This document shows positions 25,556 to 42,399 of a stretch of DNA of 64,000 nucleotides, piece after piece (the stretch's first letter is position 1; each line of letters opens with the position of its first letter). Source of the stretch: the human T2T-CHM13v2.0 reference genome, Homo sapiens; NCBI RefSeq assembly GCF_009914755.1, contig NC_060938.1, one strand, 5' to 3'. Under the pieces are notes generated by a model. That model was given only the letters and a program-made list of their open reading frames with translations. It was not told where the DNA came from and did no database searches. Both the position numbers and the translations under genes were made by a program.

Positions 25556-25594
<39 letters not shown>

Positions 25595-25955
25595 AGACAT
25601 AGTCTTGCTCTGTCGCCCAGGCTGGAGTGCAGTGGCACGATCTTGGCTTGCTGTAACCTCTACCTCCTGGGTTCAAGTGATTCTCCTGCGTCAGCCTCCT
25701 GAGTAGCTGGGATTACAGGCTCCTGCCACCATGCTTAGCTAACTTTTTGTATTTTTAGTGGAGATGGGGTTTCACCACGTTGGCCATGCTGGTCTTGAAC
25801 TCTTGACCTCAGGTGATTCGCCTGCCTCAGCCTCCCAATGTGCTGGGATTACAGGCCTGAGCCACCGTGCCTGGCCTCTAATAGGGTTTTGAGAAGTGAG
25901 ATGAAGCATGTGAAGTGCTTACCGTAGAATATGGTAAATGCTCAACAAATGTCAG
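25390..25955 (+). mobile_element. MIR, split by an Alu
   Basis: TAGCACAGTGGTAAAA...GAGTTCAAATC...GTAAAATGGG, resuming after the Alu as GGGTTTTGAGAAG...GTAAATGCTCAACAAATG. Confidence 0.65.
25546..25876 (-). mobile_element. AluSx-like with a T36 tail
   Basis: Full dimer with an uninterrupted T run at 25558-25593. Confidence 0.95.
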
Positions 25956-26089
25956 GGATGATTTTCTGCTTTTCTTTGCTCAGATATTCTGTGAAGGGCA
26001 GCATTCACAGTATTTTTCTGTGGATGATTTCAAATCTCAGACTCACTGGGGTTCCATAGAAATATTCTTTTATGATGTGGCAGTATACC

Positions 26090-26325
26090 TTTGTGGTTGG
26101 GCCCAAACATCTTCCACTAATCTCTACCTGTGTACCTTGGGTCGAGTTAGTTAACCTTTCTGTGCCTTGATTTTCTCATTTGTAAAATGGAGATCATAAT
26201 AGTACCTACCTCATAGGGTTCTTATAAAGACTGACTGAGATATGTGAAAGTTCTTGTGACCATTAAAAGGTAGGTAAAGTGCTTAGTTTGACACACAATA
26301 AATGTTCAACAAATGTGACAATATT
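26090..26325 (+). mobile_element. MIR
   Basis: CTGTGTACCTTGGG...TTAACCTTTCTGTGCCT...CTCATTTGTAAAATGGAGATCATAATAGTACCTACCTCATAGGGTT. Confidence 0.8.
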
Positions 26326-27559
26326 AATTTTAAGGCTTAAAATTGTTAGTTGTTTTTTTTTTAGTGAATTGGTAAATTTAGTGAATTTGGGTGTCTAGTA
26401 CCACATTTTGAATATAGTTCAATTCCTCATTTTAAGAACAGTTCTTTCAGTACCCCGTGGTCTTCGAAGCAGTTTCTCAACTACAGGGTGCACTATCACG
26501 AATAAATGACAGAAAGAAGCACCATGCTGATAATCTAACGTTCTAAATTACTGTTAAGTACTTAGTTCTAACACCCACCCTCAGGTTTGTTATAGTAGAA
26601 GCTAATTAATAAATATGGATGTTTTTATTTTCCCCTTTCTCCTTTTTAACTTCCTAATGAGGTAAACAGATGGCAGACAACTGGCACCAGAGGTGAAGAG
26701 AACTGGCAGTGCAATGGTTAACTTCCTTTCCTAAAGGACATGTGGGCTTTATCCTAGTGTCTCAACTCGTTACTTATAGTGTTGATGGAGAGGCCTGAAG
26801 AAAAGGATCCCAGGGAGAGAGCAGGTGTGTTGGGCTGCTGTGGTTCTCCCTCAAAACTAGCTGTAGACACAATACAGGTGACCTGGCAACACTCAGAAGT
26901 ACCAGCCTTTGAGATGCTGGGAATCCACATAACCTTGTGAATGCTTTGAAGGCAGGAGGGTATCTTACTAGATTTGGTTTCTCTGGCATCTAAGTAACCC
27001 TGGCATATAGTAGGTGCTTAATAGCTTTTTGCTGATCGGATACCTGGAAGTAAAACATACATCTTTATAATTTTGTATTAGATTTGATTTTATTTAGACG
27101 TTGCCAGTGCTGGGAGATTATACTCTGCTACTTGATACTCAACAATTTTGTAAAGGTTTATATTTACTAAAGAAACTTTCTATTTAAAGAAATCTGTGAA
27201 AATCCTTTTGTAAAAATTGATTAATTTTTAATACTGTATGCTTTGTAAATTTCTGTCTCTGTGAATAAAGAAGCACGAATCTAAAATAAACTGTTACCGA
27301 ACAGGCATAATAGCCAGGAGAATCTGAAGTAGCCCCTTCTTTCATTTAAAATGTAGATCTGTCTTACTCCTTGCTTTCTTCTTTCGGGGCTGCCTGCCAC
27401 TAAATGTTAAATGGTAACATCTCTACTGGCAATTGAAGAAAATAGACCTGAAGGCACTATAGACTCTTTAGAATGAAAGTATTTTATTTCACCATTCTCT
27501 TGTTATTTAAAGGTATAAGGCTTAATTTCCATAGAGCCTATTCCTAAGTAAGATTTTAA

Positions 27560-27950
27560 GGCATCCCCTTGGGGCAGAGGTGAAAGGGGTGGGAGAGATA
27601 GGGGAGATAGGGTGAAATTTGGGGGTTTCTTTCAGAAGTTGTGCATAGGGGGCTCTCAGAGCGGCTGTCCCCTGGCTCTGCTCCTATTGGCTGTGGAAAG
27701 TGGGGTGGGGTTAGCCATTTCTGCAGTTGCTGCTGGGGCAAGGCAGGGACCTCTGAAAGAACCAGACACAACCTCCCTGATGTGGATCACTCTGTGTGTT
27801 CTCCAAGAGCGCACTCTGGCCCACGGCTTGACCTGCCTTTATTTTTCAACAAAAGGAGGAAAGTGAATTCCTTCTAGAGCTTGTTTAGGTGCTCCTTGGC
27901 TCCTTGGTGCTGGGCTCTGGCAGGATACAGCCACTGAAGTGTAGTGCATT
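27560..27950. promoter_or_regulatory. Candidate non-CpG-island promoter/enhancer
   Basis: GC-richer unique island with CCCCTTGGGG (EBF-like), two AGATAG, ATTGG (CCAAT box, reverse), a GGGGTGGGG GT-box, AACAAAAG (SOX-like) and a G4 motif. Confidence 0.35.
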
Positions 27951-28968
27951 TTAAAAAACTCTTTCTGGGAAATGAAAACATGATTTTGAAGTAGTCTGTA
28001 GTATTGAAATGCAGCACTCTGCTGCTTTGCGAAGCAAGACTTACTGGAGGCTCACTGGTACAGAAGGGCCCTCAAGGCAAAGAGGCTCAGAAACAGCAGG
28101 AATGGGATCTTGAGAAAGGTACCGCTCATCCTATGAAACAAATTGCTCTAATTAAAAAAAAAATGTGTCATGTTAGCAAGAGGAACTCAGCTGGCAATGT
28201 GACGGTGGAAGTAAGTTGTAAAAAGCCTCCATAGAAATATCTACTCTACCGACTTCATAATCTCTGCTGCTTTCTGAGGTGTGATGAAAGGGATCGGAAA
28301 TTGTTGGCCGGTGGCCTCCAACACTTCTGGCCATTCCCTTCTCCCCTCACCCTCTTCTCCCAGGAAAAAGAATCTCTCTTTGAAAACATTTCCCTTTTAT
28401 TTTCCTTTTCATCATCCTGTCTGAGTACATGGCTTCAATAGAGAAAGATGCTTTAAGACATTAACATTTTATCAACTTAAGGCTCTTTCAGCCATCGCCC
28501 ACAAATCCCTATGGAATTTTGAACACTTAAGGTTAATGAGTTGTGCATTTGTTAAAAAGTCTGTGCCCTTAATAATAAAATAGGACCATCAAAGGGAAAA
28601 AAATAACATTTATTTAAATATATACAGTGTTTGAGATCACAAATTTCTATGTCTGCCTGGAAGCACTATCCTCTATTTTCATTAGTGTTTATATTCTTGC
28701 TTTTATTTGATTCTATTTGCATGAATTAAAATATTTTCTTTTATTTTGCCATTTGCTTTTAGAAATGCTAAAATTTAGCCAACTTTAATTGAATCATATT
28801 GTCTATTGGTATAGGAAATTCTCATTCTATTTCATAATAGAAGAGAAACACCAAAAGCAAAATGCTATATTGAAGCAAAATACAGTCTACCTGTTTGGGG
28901 ATTATAAATCTCTGTAGGTTCTTAGAAGAATTATCCAAAATTCCCATAGAGACATAGTTTTTTTATGC

Positions 28969-29133
28969 CAGTGGTTCTCAAAGTTTAATGTACCTATGAA
29001 TCACCAAAGGGATTTTTGTTAAAATGCAATTCTGATTCAGTAAGTCCTGGGCAGGGTCCAAGATGATACAGTTGTGACAAGCTCCCACATGCTGCTGATG
29101 GTTCTGGGATAGAGACACACTTTGTGGAACTAG
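28969..29133. mobile_element. MER5A
   Basis: CAGTGGTTCTCAAAGTTT...GAATCACC...TTGTTAAAATGCA.TTCTGATTCAGTAAGTC...CACACTTTG. Confidence 0.8.
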
Positions 29134-29684
29134 CACCTACAGACATTTGCATTTTAGTTTCTTTGGTTTCAGCTGTATGCTTTCACTGGTTGGTGGAACT
29201 CAAAGCTTAGAAGAATTTAATAAAACTTACATTTTTGGTACTGACTTAGCAATGATAAGCTTTCTTTTCTTAAAGGAAGAGAAGCTGAGATTCACAGATG
29301 AGTTCTCAGCTGGCCCTGGGCCCTCACGTCCCTTCTATAGATGTCTAATGGGACTCTGGAGCTTCTCCTTTGTTCTCCTAGTCATGTAGAATTCAACTTT
29401 GCATTCTAGATATCAATTAGAGATGGGTGGTTTTTTTTTTTTAAAAAAAAAGTGTACTCCTATTTTAAGATATTTCCTTATCATGAAGCTTTTACCAAGA
29501 GCCCTGAAGAATATTCAATAAATCGAAGGCCTTAGAGATAAGCGTTTCTCTGTATATTTTTGGCTTATTATAATATAGAAATAACTATTTCAGCTAAATA
29601 ATGATAAAATAATCTTTTTTAAACATTAGCTCTTTAAATGTTGTCTCTCCCATTAGACTATTAATTCCTTGAAGGCAGGGTCTA

Positions 29685-30111
29685 TGTGTTAGGTTGTTCT
29701 TGCATTGTTGTGAAGAACTACCTGACACTGGGTAATTTATAAAGAAAAGAGGTTTAATTAGCTTACAGTTTTGCAGGCTGTACAAGCATGGCGCCAACAC
29801 TGCTTGGCTTCTCGGGAGGCCTCAGGGAGCTTTTACTCATGGTGGAAGGCAAAGTGGGAGCAAGCACTTCACATGGTGAAAATAGGAGCAAGTGACAGAG
29901 AGAAAGAGAGCAAAAGGCGATGGGGTGTGGGGAGGAGCCACACACTTTTAAATGATCAGATCTCGCGAGAACTCACTATCATGAAGATGGCACCAAGCCA
30001 TGAGGGATCCATCCCTGTGATCTGAACAGCTCCCACCAGGCCCCACCTCTAGAATCGGAGATTACAATCTAACATGAGATTAGGGCAGGGACAACTATCT
30101 AAACTATATCA
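29685..30111 (-). mobile_element. MSTA (MaLR) solo LTR
   Basis: TG...CA termini and GGGTAATTTATAAAGAAAAGAGGTTTAATT. Perfect 5-bp TSD GTCTA at 29680-29684 and 30112-30116. Inserted in an L2 3' end. Confidence 0.9.
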
Positions 30112-30480
30112 GTCTATGTATGTTTCACCTATGTACAGTTGTATAACTGTAGTTGCCAACAGGTTTTAGACAGAGCTGGCAAACCATAAATACTGGATAA
30201 ATGGAATTCAAGTATCAAGTTGACATCAAGTCTGTCACACAGAAAGATCTCTGAAAATGACAATGGCCATTCATGGAGAAGGCTAGGGTTCTTTTTCTTC
30301 TTAGGACTTGCGGTTCCTCAGACATGTGTAGGCCTGCCTTTGACTCTGTGTTGCTCTCTGAATCTTAATTTTCCCACTTTTAAAATGGAGGTGAAACATC
30401 TGTCATGGGTAAGGAGTGGTAAGAGTGAGCTACAGGTGTGGCTGTTTAGTGACTTTCCCAGTGTGCTTTGCTGGAAATAA

Positions 30481-30901
<421 letters not shown>

Positions 30902-30904
30902 CAT

Positions 30905-31575
<671 letters not shown>

Positions 31576-31874
31576 TCATTAATAATTCTAATTAATATGC
31601 CTCTTGATACTTGTAAGAGATTTTTAGTCTGGGGGAGGGAGGAGAAGCAACAGAGAGGATAAAATGAGATAGAAGGGTTGTGATGCTTGAGAGACGGGGA
31701 TTGGGGGTGAGCATACCATGTTCAGAGTCAGTCTACTTCTAAGAGAACGTCACCTTACCGTTCAACAAGAGCTGTGTTTATTGTCCGTCCTACTGGCATA
31801 TTGTGAGCACTTTCTTTTCACAGTAGTCAGTAGGTCCCCCCAGATGACTGGCTGTGACACTCATCTGTATTTCA

Positions 31875-32114
<240 letters not shown>

Positions 32115-32264
32115 TCAAAGAACATGAAGGTGGATCCCTGAATATTCAATACAGAAGGATGGAAGGAAAACATCATTGGTGTCCTTGGAAAAAGGTATAC
32201 AAAACTAGCTCATAAGCAAGGAGAGTGTGAAAAGGCATAGCCCTCTTATAAAAATAGCTAACAT

Positions 32265-33240
<976 letters not shown>

Positions 33241-33477
33241 TAGATTTTTTAATTGGTCCCCAGAATAAATATTGATGGAAGATGAGATGAGAGTGGGAGA
33301 ATAAGTGAAGAATATTGCTATTTGAAAAGAACTCTGAGAACATATCACTTGCTGGTATTCTTAATAGTTTCATTGTGTTGGAAAGAGATTTCTGTTTGCT
33401 TTTTAAATATTTTTCACAGTTCTGCAATGATAGGTACTTTTGATATTTTTTGAAGACAGTATTATTCTATAAAAGTG

Positions 33478-33600
33478 GAGGATGGTGGTGCATGCATGTA
33501 GTCCCAGCTATTTGAGAGGCTAAGGCGGGAGAATTGCTTGAGCCCAGGATTTCATGGCCAGCCTGGGCAACATAGTGATACACTGTCTCTAAAAAACAAA
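33478..33600 (+). mobile_element. FLAM_A-like Alu monomer
   Basis: GTGGTGCATGCATGTAGTCCCAGCTA...GCCAGCCTGGGCAACATAGTGA. Confidence 0.8.
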
Positions 33601-33713
33601 AGTAAACAAAACCCCCACCAATTTAAAATAACAAACAAATGAAAACTTGGAGTTTTCAAGCTCCTGGTGGTCCTGAATTTATCACAAAGGATTCTTGAAT
33701 TTATAAAAATATT

Positions 33714-34004
33714 GGCCAGGCGCGGTGGCTCACGCCTGTAATCCCAGCACTTTGGGAGTTTGAGGCGGGCAGATCACGAGGTCAGGAGTTGAAGACCAGC
33801 CTGGCCAACATAGTGAAACCCCTTCTCTACTAAAAATACAAAAAATTAGCTGGGTGTGGTGGCAGGCACCTGTAATCCCAGCTACTCAGGAAGCTGAGGC
33901 AGAAGAATCGCTTGAACCCAGGAGGCAGAGGTTGCAGTGAGTAGAGAGTGCACCATTGCACTCCAGCCTGGGGGACAGTGCAAGTCTCAAAAAAAAAAAA
34001 AAAA
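33714..34004 (+). mobile_element. AluSg-like
   Basis: GATCACGAGGTCAGGAGTT; full dimer with an A-tail. Confidence 0.95.
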
Positions 34005-36859
34005 TTGGCGTTTTGTGTAGATTGAGTAAATGACATGCCTTTACATATGTGTACATATCTACACTATTCAAAAAATATATGTAGATGCTACTGTAAATAA
34101 AACAATGCCAATTTATTTAGTAGCATGAATAAATTTCACAGTAATTTTATATAATTATGCTTTCCCTCTATCAGCAGATACCTTCACTCTAATTGTCTCA
34201 CATATTCTTAATATGAAAAAATGGTTCTCATACTTAAATGGTGAAAAGAGAACTAAATCTTCTAACTATCACAAAATTAATTTTAGAAATGTTATTAAAA
34301 TAGAAGTGATCTTTAGGTATCAATGTTTTAGTTTTATATTGTATTTTTACATTCCTCATGGAGACTGGCTTCTTAACTCAAGGCCATTTCCAAAATTATG
34401 TTTGGTTCTTCTTTTTATGAGATATCTCTGTGTTTGTTTGTTCTCTCCTTAGCTTTTTTGTGGTATAGAGAATACTCGTGGACTAACTACTAAAGGCAAA
34501 AATTGATATTTAAGGGAGGTTATAAATTAATTTTGACCTGTTACAATATTAGGAAAACATTGTCATGTTACAAAAAATTTTCATTTGCTCATAATTATCA
34601 ATTTGACTATATTAGTAGGAATTAAGAAAAGTGGAAAAGTATCTTTCCAATAAATCAAAGTTCTTACGGCATTTCTTCAATACATCCTATGCATGTCTAC
34701 AAAGTAATTTTTCTAGATTTCTTATTTAACATTTTAGTTTCTGCTCAAATATCTGCAATGGCTCTAATCGCCTACAGATCAAAGCCCAAATATTTTAGCT
34801 TAGTGTGCCGTGTTCTCCTCAATTTGTCTCCAACTTATTTTTCTATTTTTATTTCTCAATATGTCCCTGCAAATCTGCTAGAGTGTGGAGGTTAAGCATT
34901 TGACTGAAAGCAAGAGAAATTTGGATCAAGCCCTAGTTGTACCAGTTGCCATCAGGCATTGAGCTGAGGGCCTAACAATCAATATCACATTTAAACCCCA
35001 CAGCAGCCATATGAGAAGCGTTATTATCGTGATCTTTACTTCGCAGGTCAGAACACCGAGACTTCAGGGAGTTAGGCAACTGGCCCGATGCCACGCCAGT
35101 TAAGTCTATGGCCTGGAGAATGAGACAGGTTTTCAGTTTCTGCAAATGATTGAAACATGGTCAGTTTTTTAATCGAAAACTTGAGGCATACATGGTAACT
35201 TTGAACATATTTGATTTAAAAAAAAAACAAATCCAAATCTAAAAGAGAGAATGTGAATACTGCCATAGAGTTTATCAAGTGGAAATTAACTTATTTCCAC
35301 ACTTTTATCCTAGGATTTGTTTCTAAATAAAGCCTGACATTTAAGGTAGAAGGATGATTGGATGGGATCAGAGTGCAGGGGGGAGCCAGCAGCGAGTGGA
35401 ATGTGGAGCCACCTTAGGCCCTCTGTGACTTGACATGCCACTTGGTCTCCCTGAGCCTTACTTAGTTTACCATATTCTAGAATGTGCACCCCAAGGGTCT
35501 TCTTTCTGACCTCACACCATTATTATCAGGATATGTAAAACTACTAGAAAATGTATCAAATGCTGGGCAAATAAAAAGTACTATTACTATCTTCTGTTCA
35601 AGATGTGACTATTTTTCCCACAGCAATAGAGGATGGAATCATACTAATTTCTACCATGGAATCATACTATTTTCCACCTTGGTGATAGGAATACTTTCTT
35701 AGGACATAACTTTTTTTCTATTTTCTCCTACATGATTGTATACATACTTGAATTTAGTTTAACTTTCCACTGACACAACTCCATTTTGACTGCTGAGTAG
35801 ATTAATCAACTGATTCAGAAAATCACTAGAAGCTTGGTTGGCTGATGAATAGGACAGAGATTAATAAGCAACTTATTTGTAAGTTTTAAAAATATAACCA
35901 GGAAAACATTAGCCAGTTGCAAAAACCTTGTCCTATTTTCTCTTTATCTATACCCTACCTCACTGTTCACAAGCTCTAAGCTAAGCTAAGGGAATGTGTG
36001 CAGACTAATCAACATTCCCACCTGTGTAGCAAAACAATTGGTCAGTGGATGGAAGCGTCGGTACAGTTCACAGGATCTGCTTGATCTGGTTTCTCTTTTT
36101 ATCTTAAGTATATGTGACAGCCTGATTGTAGCATGTGAAGTAAAACTGTACTCATGTGGTTAAAAAAATACAAAACTTAAGTTTCTAGTGTTTTTGCATA
36201 AGAGGCAGTATAAGACAATATAAAAAGTACCATATCCGTAATTGCTACACATTGTTTTGCTTTTGTATTTGGAATAGATTTTGTGAAACCAAGTCAATTT
36301 TTTCCTAATGTTTAGTCCTCACATGATATAATACATAGTAAATAGTGCCGAGTACTAAGATTTGAAATACAAGCGAAACGATTCACAGAATACATTCATT
36401 CCAAATACTCATAAAAATAAATGAAGAGTAATAAATGAAAATAGATAATCCACCTATTTTACTTAATTCTCATACATAGCATAATTTCACATTTAGAAAA
36501 GAAAAAAATACAAGATATAAATACCCTCCATAAAGCTGAACTGAAGCTTTGAAGAACTTTTTACTATAAAATTATTTTATAAGCAGAAATGTTTGTCCTG
36601 AATATCAAGATGAACACTTGAATGTTTGTTTCAAAGAATTAAATCATTTCAGTGCTGTCCTAAAGCTAGTTTCAAAATTATGGAAAGGTTTCTGAAACCA
36701 AATGCATTTCTTCTTTGGAGGATATAGATACACACATGCACATGCACACACACACTCTTAAAAGAACTTGGCTCATTTTTCGAAATGCAGAATACATTTT
36801 TCCAACTCCATTATTCCTCTCCCTCTGGCTTGTTGAGATGAACACTTTACTAGGATAAA

Positions 36860-37757
<898 letters not shown>

Positions 37758-37854
37758 AAAATCCTGCCCATTCACCACACTGTTTTTTCTCTCTAGACAG
37801 GAAGTTATTTAGATCACTTTCAGTCTGACATTTTAATAAAAAAGGCTGAAACTG

Positions 37855-40800
37855 GAGTTATGGTTGTGGATGAGATGGAGTAAACATGTTTCACCTTTTC
37901 TCTCCCACTGAATATAACTATAAAACCCAAATAGAATGCATGATGGCAATTATTGGAAGATTCTGGAAAGTAAATAGGAGCAGGCAGATTGGAACAAAAC
38001 AGAATTTGAAGCATAATCTAATTTGTGGTGAATTTACTATTTTCGATCTTCGATGTACCCCAACTTGAACTCAATGTGCCTGTTAACCTGGAAGTGAGCA
38101 CTATAGTTCAGATGGAAAGGGTTTCAGGAGAAGCCTCTGTCCTTGGTTTGAAGCCTAGGAAAGGAAGCCCCTAATGCTCAGGGAGAATGTGAAAATGCCC
38201 TCATTCCTGTTTTCCTATCTTTTCTTTTCTTCATTCTTTTATTTCCTAGCCCACTCAAGCAATTCTGAATGGTAGCAGTGGCAGCAGCTATGAAAACCCC
38301 AAAAGCCAAAACTCTGAGGAAGAGGACCACTCCTTTCCATTTGGTGGAGCTGTTGTTCCAAGACAGTGGGACAAACCCCTGTTGATTCCCTGCCTCTGTT
38401 CTTCTGCTTTGGCCAGGACACAGGTTTAGTCATGAAAGTGTGTGACACAGAGTGTGACACAGCAGGGTAACTAGAACTCCAAGTGTTTGTCTAGTGGACC
38501 ATGTAGGGGAGGCCCAGGGAACAGGAAAGTACTGGAGAGATCTTGGGAAGGGAGGGGCTTGTGAAATCAACCCTATAAAGTTGTTCATGAGCACCAAGCT
38601 CACCTTTAAGCTGCACAAATATAGGTCTGATCCTCATTTGCATACCAAAGACTTTGAGAACTGAACTAATAGACTGTCCAAGTCTCAGACTGACCATTTG
38701 GCAGTACACACTTAGGAAAGATCCAAAAAGCATGACAGAAGCTTTGAAAATTGAACTGACTTTGGCATCACAGTCTATAGAGAGTGTACTGAAACTTGTA
38801 GCTTGTACATACTCAGTCAATTGCCTGCCAAAACCAAATATCAATATTCTCCACAGAACTTAAACAAGACCCAGAGTGCCATGATATAATATTCAAAGTG
38901 TCTAGAATGTAATCCAAAATTACTTAGTGTACAAAGAACCACAAAAATCTTGACTCACATGGAAAAAGACAACCAATATATGTTAATACCAAAAGTATAC
39001 AGACATTAGAGTTGTCTGACAAAGACTCTAAAGCAGTTATTTCAACAATTTTTGAAGGAACAGTCGTGCTCTTGCAACAACAGTTAAATTAGAAAGCCTC
39101 AGCAAAGAAATTGATAATATAAACAAAAACAAAATGGAAATTTTAGAATTAAAAAATACAATTACCAAAAAAATTAAAAGGCTTTCTGGATAGACTTAAT
39201 AACAAAATGGAGATGAAAGAAGAATCAGTGAACTTGAAGATAGATCAATAGAGATTACTGGATCTGAAAAAGATTTTTGAACAACTGGAAAAAGAATTAG
39301 TAGAGCTTCAGGGACCTGTGGAGCAATAAAAAAAATCGAATTTTCTGATCTTCAGAGTCTCATAAAGAAAGGGAAAAATGCAATGCTGAAAAACATTTGA
39401 AAAAATAATGCCCCAAATCTTGCAAGTTTGTTAAAAGACAAAAACTTACTTAAGTTTATACTTATTAAGAAGTTGAGCAAACCTCATACAGTATAAACTC
39501 AAAGAAATCCATGTGCAGAGACATTGTAATCAGACTGCTGAAGTCTTAAAACAGCCAGATTAAAATAATGCATTAACATGTAGGGGAATGATTATTTGAA
39601 TGACTGGATTTGTCATCAGAAAGCAAGGAGGCAGGGAGGAGGAGGCACAATATTTTTAAAGTACTGAAAGAAAAGAAGCGTCAACCTAGAATTTTGTTTC
39701 TAGCTAAAATATTCTTCAGGATTAATGGTGAAATGAAAATTTCTCAGATGAAGAAAAAAAGAGTTTATAGGCAGAAGACCTATTCTAAAAGGATTGCTAA
39801 AGGAAGCTTTTCAAACAAAAGTGAAAGGATACTGAAAGGAAAGGTAGAACATCAGGAATTAAAAAGACATGGAAAACATCTCGGTAAATATAATAATAGA
39901 ATATTCTTATCCTGTTGAGTTCTTAAAAATATGTTTGGCTGTTAAAAGCAAAAATTGGAATTTGTGTGATGAGGTTCTCAATGAATGTAGTTGTAATTCA
40001 AGACAACTGTAGCGTAAGTGGACAGGCTAAAGGAATATACAAAGCGGTAGGGTTTCTGTGTTCCAATTGAAATGGTGATATATGGAGTCTAAAAAACCCG
40101 CAAAAAATTAAATGTGTATCTCAAGTGAAATGACTACAAATACCATACAAAATAAGAATAGATACACTAAAATGAAATATTTTAAAAAGCCTTAAATAAC
40201 CAAAAGAAGGCAGAAAAAACACAGGAATCAAAAAAAAAAAAAAAGACAAAATAAATTGAAGAATGGGAACCTAAATCCAAACATATAAATAGTTACATTA
40301 AATGTAAACGATCTAATTGCACCAATTAAAAGACAGATAGAATAGATTTAAAAACATGACCTAACTTACGTATTGTGTACAAGAAACTCACTTCAGTTTG
40401 ATACATAAGTAGGTTAAAAGTAAAAGAATGGAAAAATATGTACCATGCAAACACTACTATAAAGAAAGCTGGGGTAGCTATGTTAATTTCAAATAAAGAA
40501 GACTTTAGAGCAAAGAAAATTACTAGAAATAAAAAGTGCTATTACATACTGCTAAAAGGATTAACTCAAGAAGAATATACAAATACTAGATGTATATGCC
40601 ACTAATAATAGAGCTTTAAGGTATATAAAGTAAAAACTAACAGGGATGAAAGGAGAAGTAGACACATCTATAATTATAATTAGAAGCTTCAACATTCCTC
40701 TCTCAGCAATAGGTATAATGAGTAGATGGGGAATGAGCAGGAATATAGAAGAACTGCAGAATGCTTCAACCAACTGGATCTGTCACAAAACACTCTACCC

Positions 40801-41620
40801 AAGAGCAGCAGAATAGACATTCTTTTCAAGTGTATGGAACATTCACCAAGACAGACCATCACATAGATTATAAAATAAGCCTTAAAAATTGAACCTCATT
40901 GAAATAGTACAAAGTATCTTCCGAGTCTACAAGAAAATTAAACCAGAAGTAGTGGCAGAAAGAATATATCTCTAAATACTTGGCAATTAATCATCAAATT
41001 TTAAAATAATGGGCAAAAGAGAAAGTCTCAAAGGAATTAGAAAATAGTTGGAAGTAAATGAAAATCAAAATACAAATTGTAGGATGAAGTTAAATGTTTA
41101 GAGGGACATTTATAGCACTAAATATGCATATTTTAAAGAGAAAAATGGCCTTAAAGAACTTAAGCTTCTACCATGATACACTTGAGAAAGAACAAATTAA
41201 ACTCAAATCAATAAGAATGAAGGAAATTATAAAGACAAAAGCAGAAATCAATGAACTTGAAAACAAAAAATAGAGAAAAATCAAAGAAACTAAAAATTGG
41301 TTCTTTGAAAAGATCAATGCAATTTGTGAAGCTCTAGCAAGAAAACAGAGAATGCAAGTGATTGATATCAGGAATGAAAGAAGGGACATTACTATCAACT
41401 CTAACATTAGAAGGAAAATAAGAAATACGACAAACAGTTCTACTCACATAAATTCAACAAATTAGATGAAATGAATTAGTCCTTTAAAAACCACAAACTC
41501 CCAAAACTCACCTCAGATGAATAGGTAGCCTCAATAGTTCTATAACCATTGAAGTAATTGAATTTGTAGTTAAAAACGTTCTGAAAGAGAAATCTCTAAG
41601 CCCTGTTGGATTCACTGGCA
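37855..41620 (+). mobile_element. Old L1M 5' half (5'UTR, ORF1, start of ORF2)
   Basis: ORF 39610-39918 reads NIFKVLKEKKRQPRILFLAKIFF, matching the L1 ORF1 C-terminus. ACATTAAATGTAAACGATCTAATTGCACCAATTAAAAGACAG marks the endonuclease start. Confidence 0.8.
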
Positions 41621-41775
41621 GTAAGAGGATTTTGAACGTTCACAACACAAAGAAATTATGTGTTTGAGGTGACAGATATGCTAATTACCTGATTTTATCA
41701 TTACATGTTGTATACATGTATTGAAATATCACTCTTTTTCCCATAAATATGCACAATTATTACATCAACTAAAAG
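41621..41775 (+). mobile_element. L1MA 3' end
   Basis: CACAACACAAAGAAAT...TGAGGTGACAGATATGCTAATTACCTGATTT...CCCATAAATATG.ACAATTATT. Confidence 0.75.
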
Positions 41776-41825
41776 GGAAAATATCTTTACATGAATCCCA
41801 GGTGCTCTTAAAAATACTTATTTGA

Positions 41826-41963
41826 GTATTAGGAGATATACCTAATGTAAATGACGAGTTAATGGGTGCAGCACACCAACATGGCACATGTATACATACG
41901 TAACAAACCTGCATGTTGTGCACAAGTACCCTAGAACTTGAAGTATAATACAAAAAAAGAAAA
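41826..41963 (+). mobile_element. Very short L1PA4-7 3' end
   Basis: TTAGGAGATATACCTAATGTAAATGACGAGTTAATGGGTGCAGCACACC. Near-TSD CTTAAAAA..CTTATTTGA at 41807-41825 and 41964-41983. Confidence 0.9.
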
Positions 41964-42094
41964 CTTAAAAACATCTTATTTGATAAACCATAAAATGCTC
42001 AAACATTACAATGGGCTTTAAAATAAATTCAAAGGAAAATACAAAAAGAAAATTGGTGATGATGAAAACAGGTGAATATAATTATTTTGAGAAC

Positions 42095-42394
42095 TTTTTT
42101 TTGTTTTTGAGACAAGGTCTCGCTGTGTTGCCCAAGCTGGAGTGCAGTGATGTGATTATGGCTCACTGCAGCCTTGATCAACCTGAGCTCAAGCAGTCCT
42201 CCCACCTCAGCCTCTTGAGTAGCCCTGACTACAGGCGTGTGCCACCACGCCTGGCTAATTATTTGTATTTCTTGTAGAGAAGGGGGTTTTGCCATGTTGT
42301 CCAGGTTGGTCTCTAACTGCTGGTCTCAAAGTGATCCACCCATCTCGACCTCCCAAAGTGCTGGGATTACAGATGTGAGCCACCGTGCCCAGCC
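42095..42394 (-). mobile_element. AluJ
   Basis: J-diagnostic GGCTCACTGCAGCCTTGA...GCTCAAGCAGTCCTCCCACCTCAGCC. Confidence 0.92.
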
Positions 42395-42399
42395 AAGAA

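Noticed and set aside
25984-26269. Possible exon (TTTTCTTTGCTCAG acceptor, AAG|GTAGGT donor)
   Set aside because: It is half MIR-derived with no open frame, and such pairs are frequent by chance without transcript evidence.
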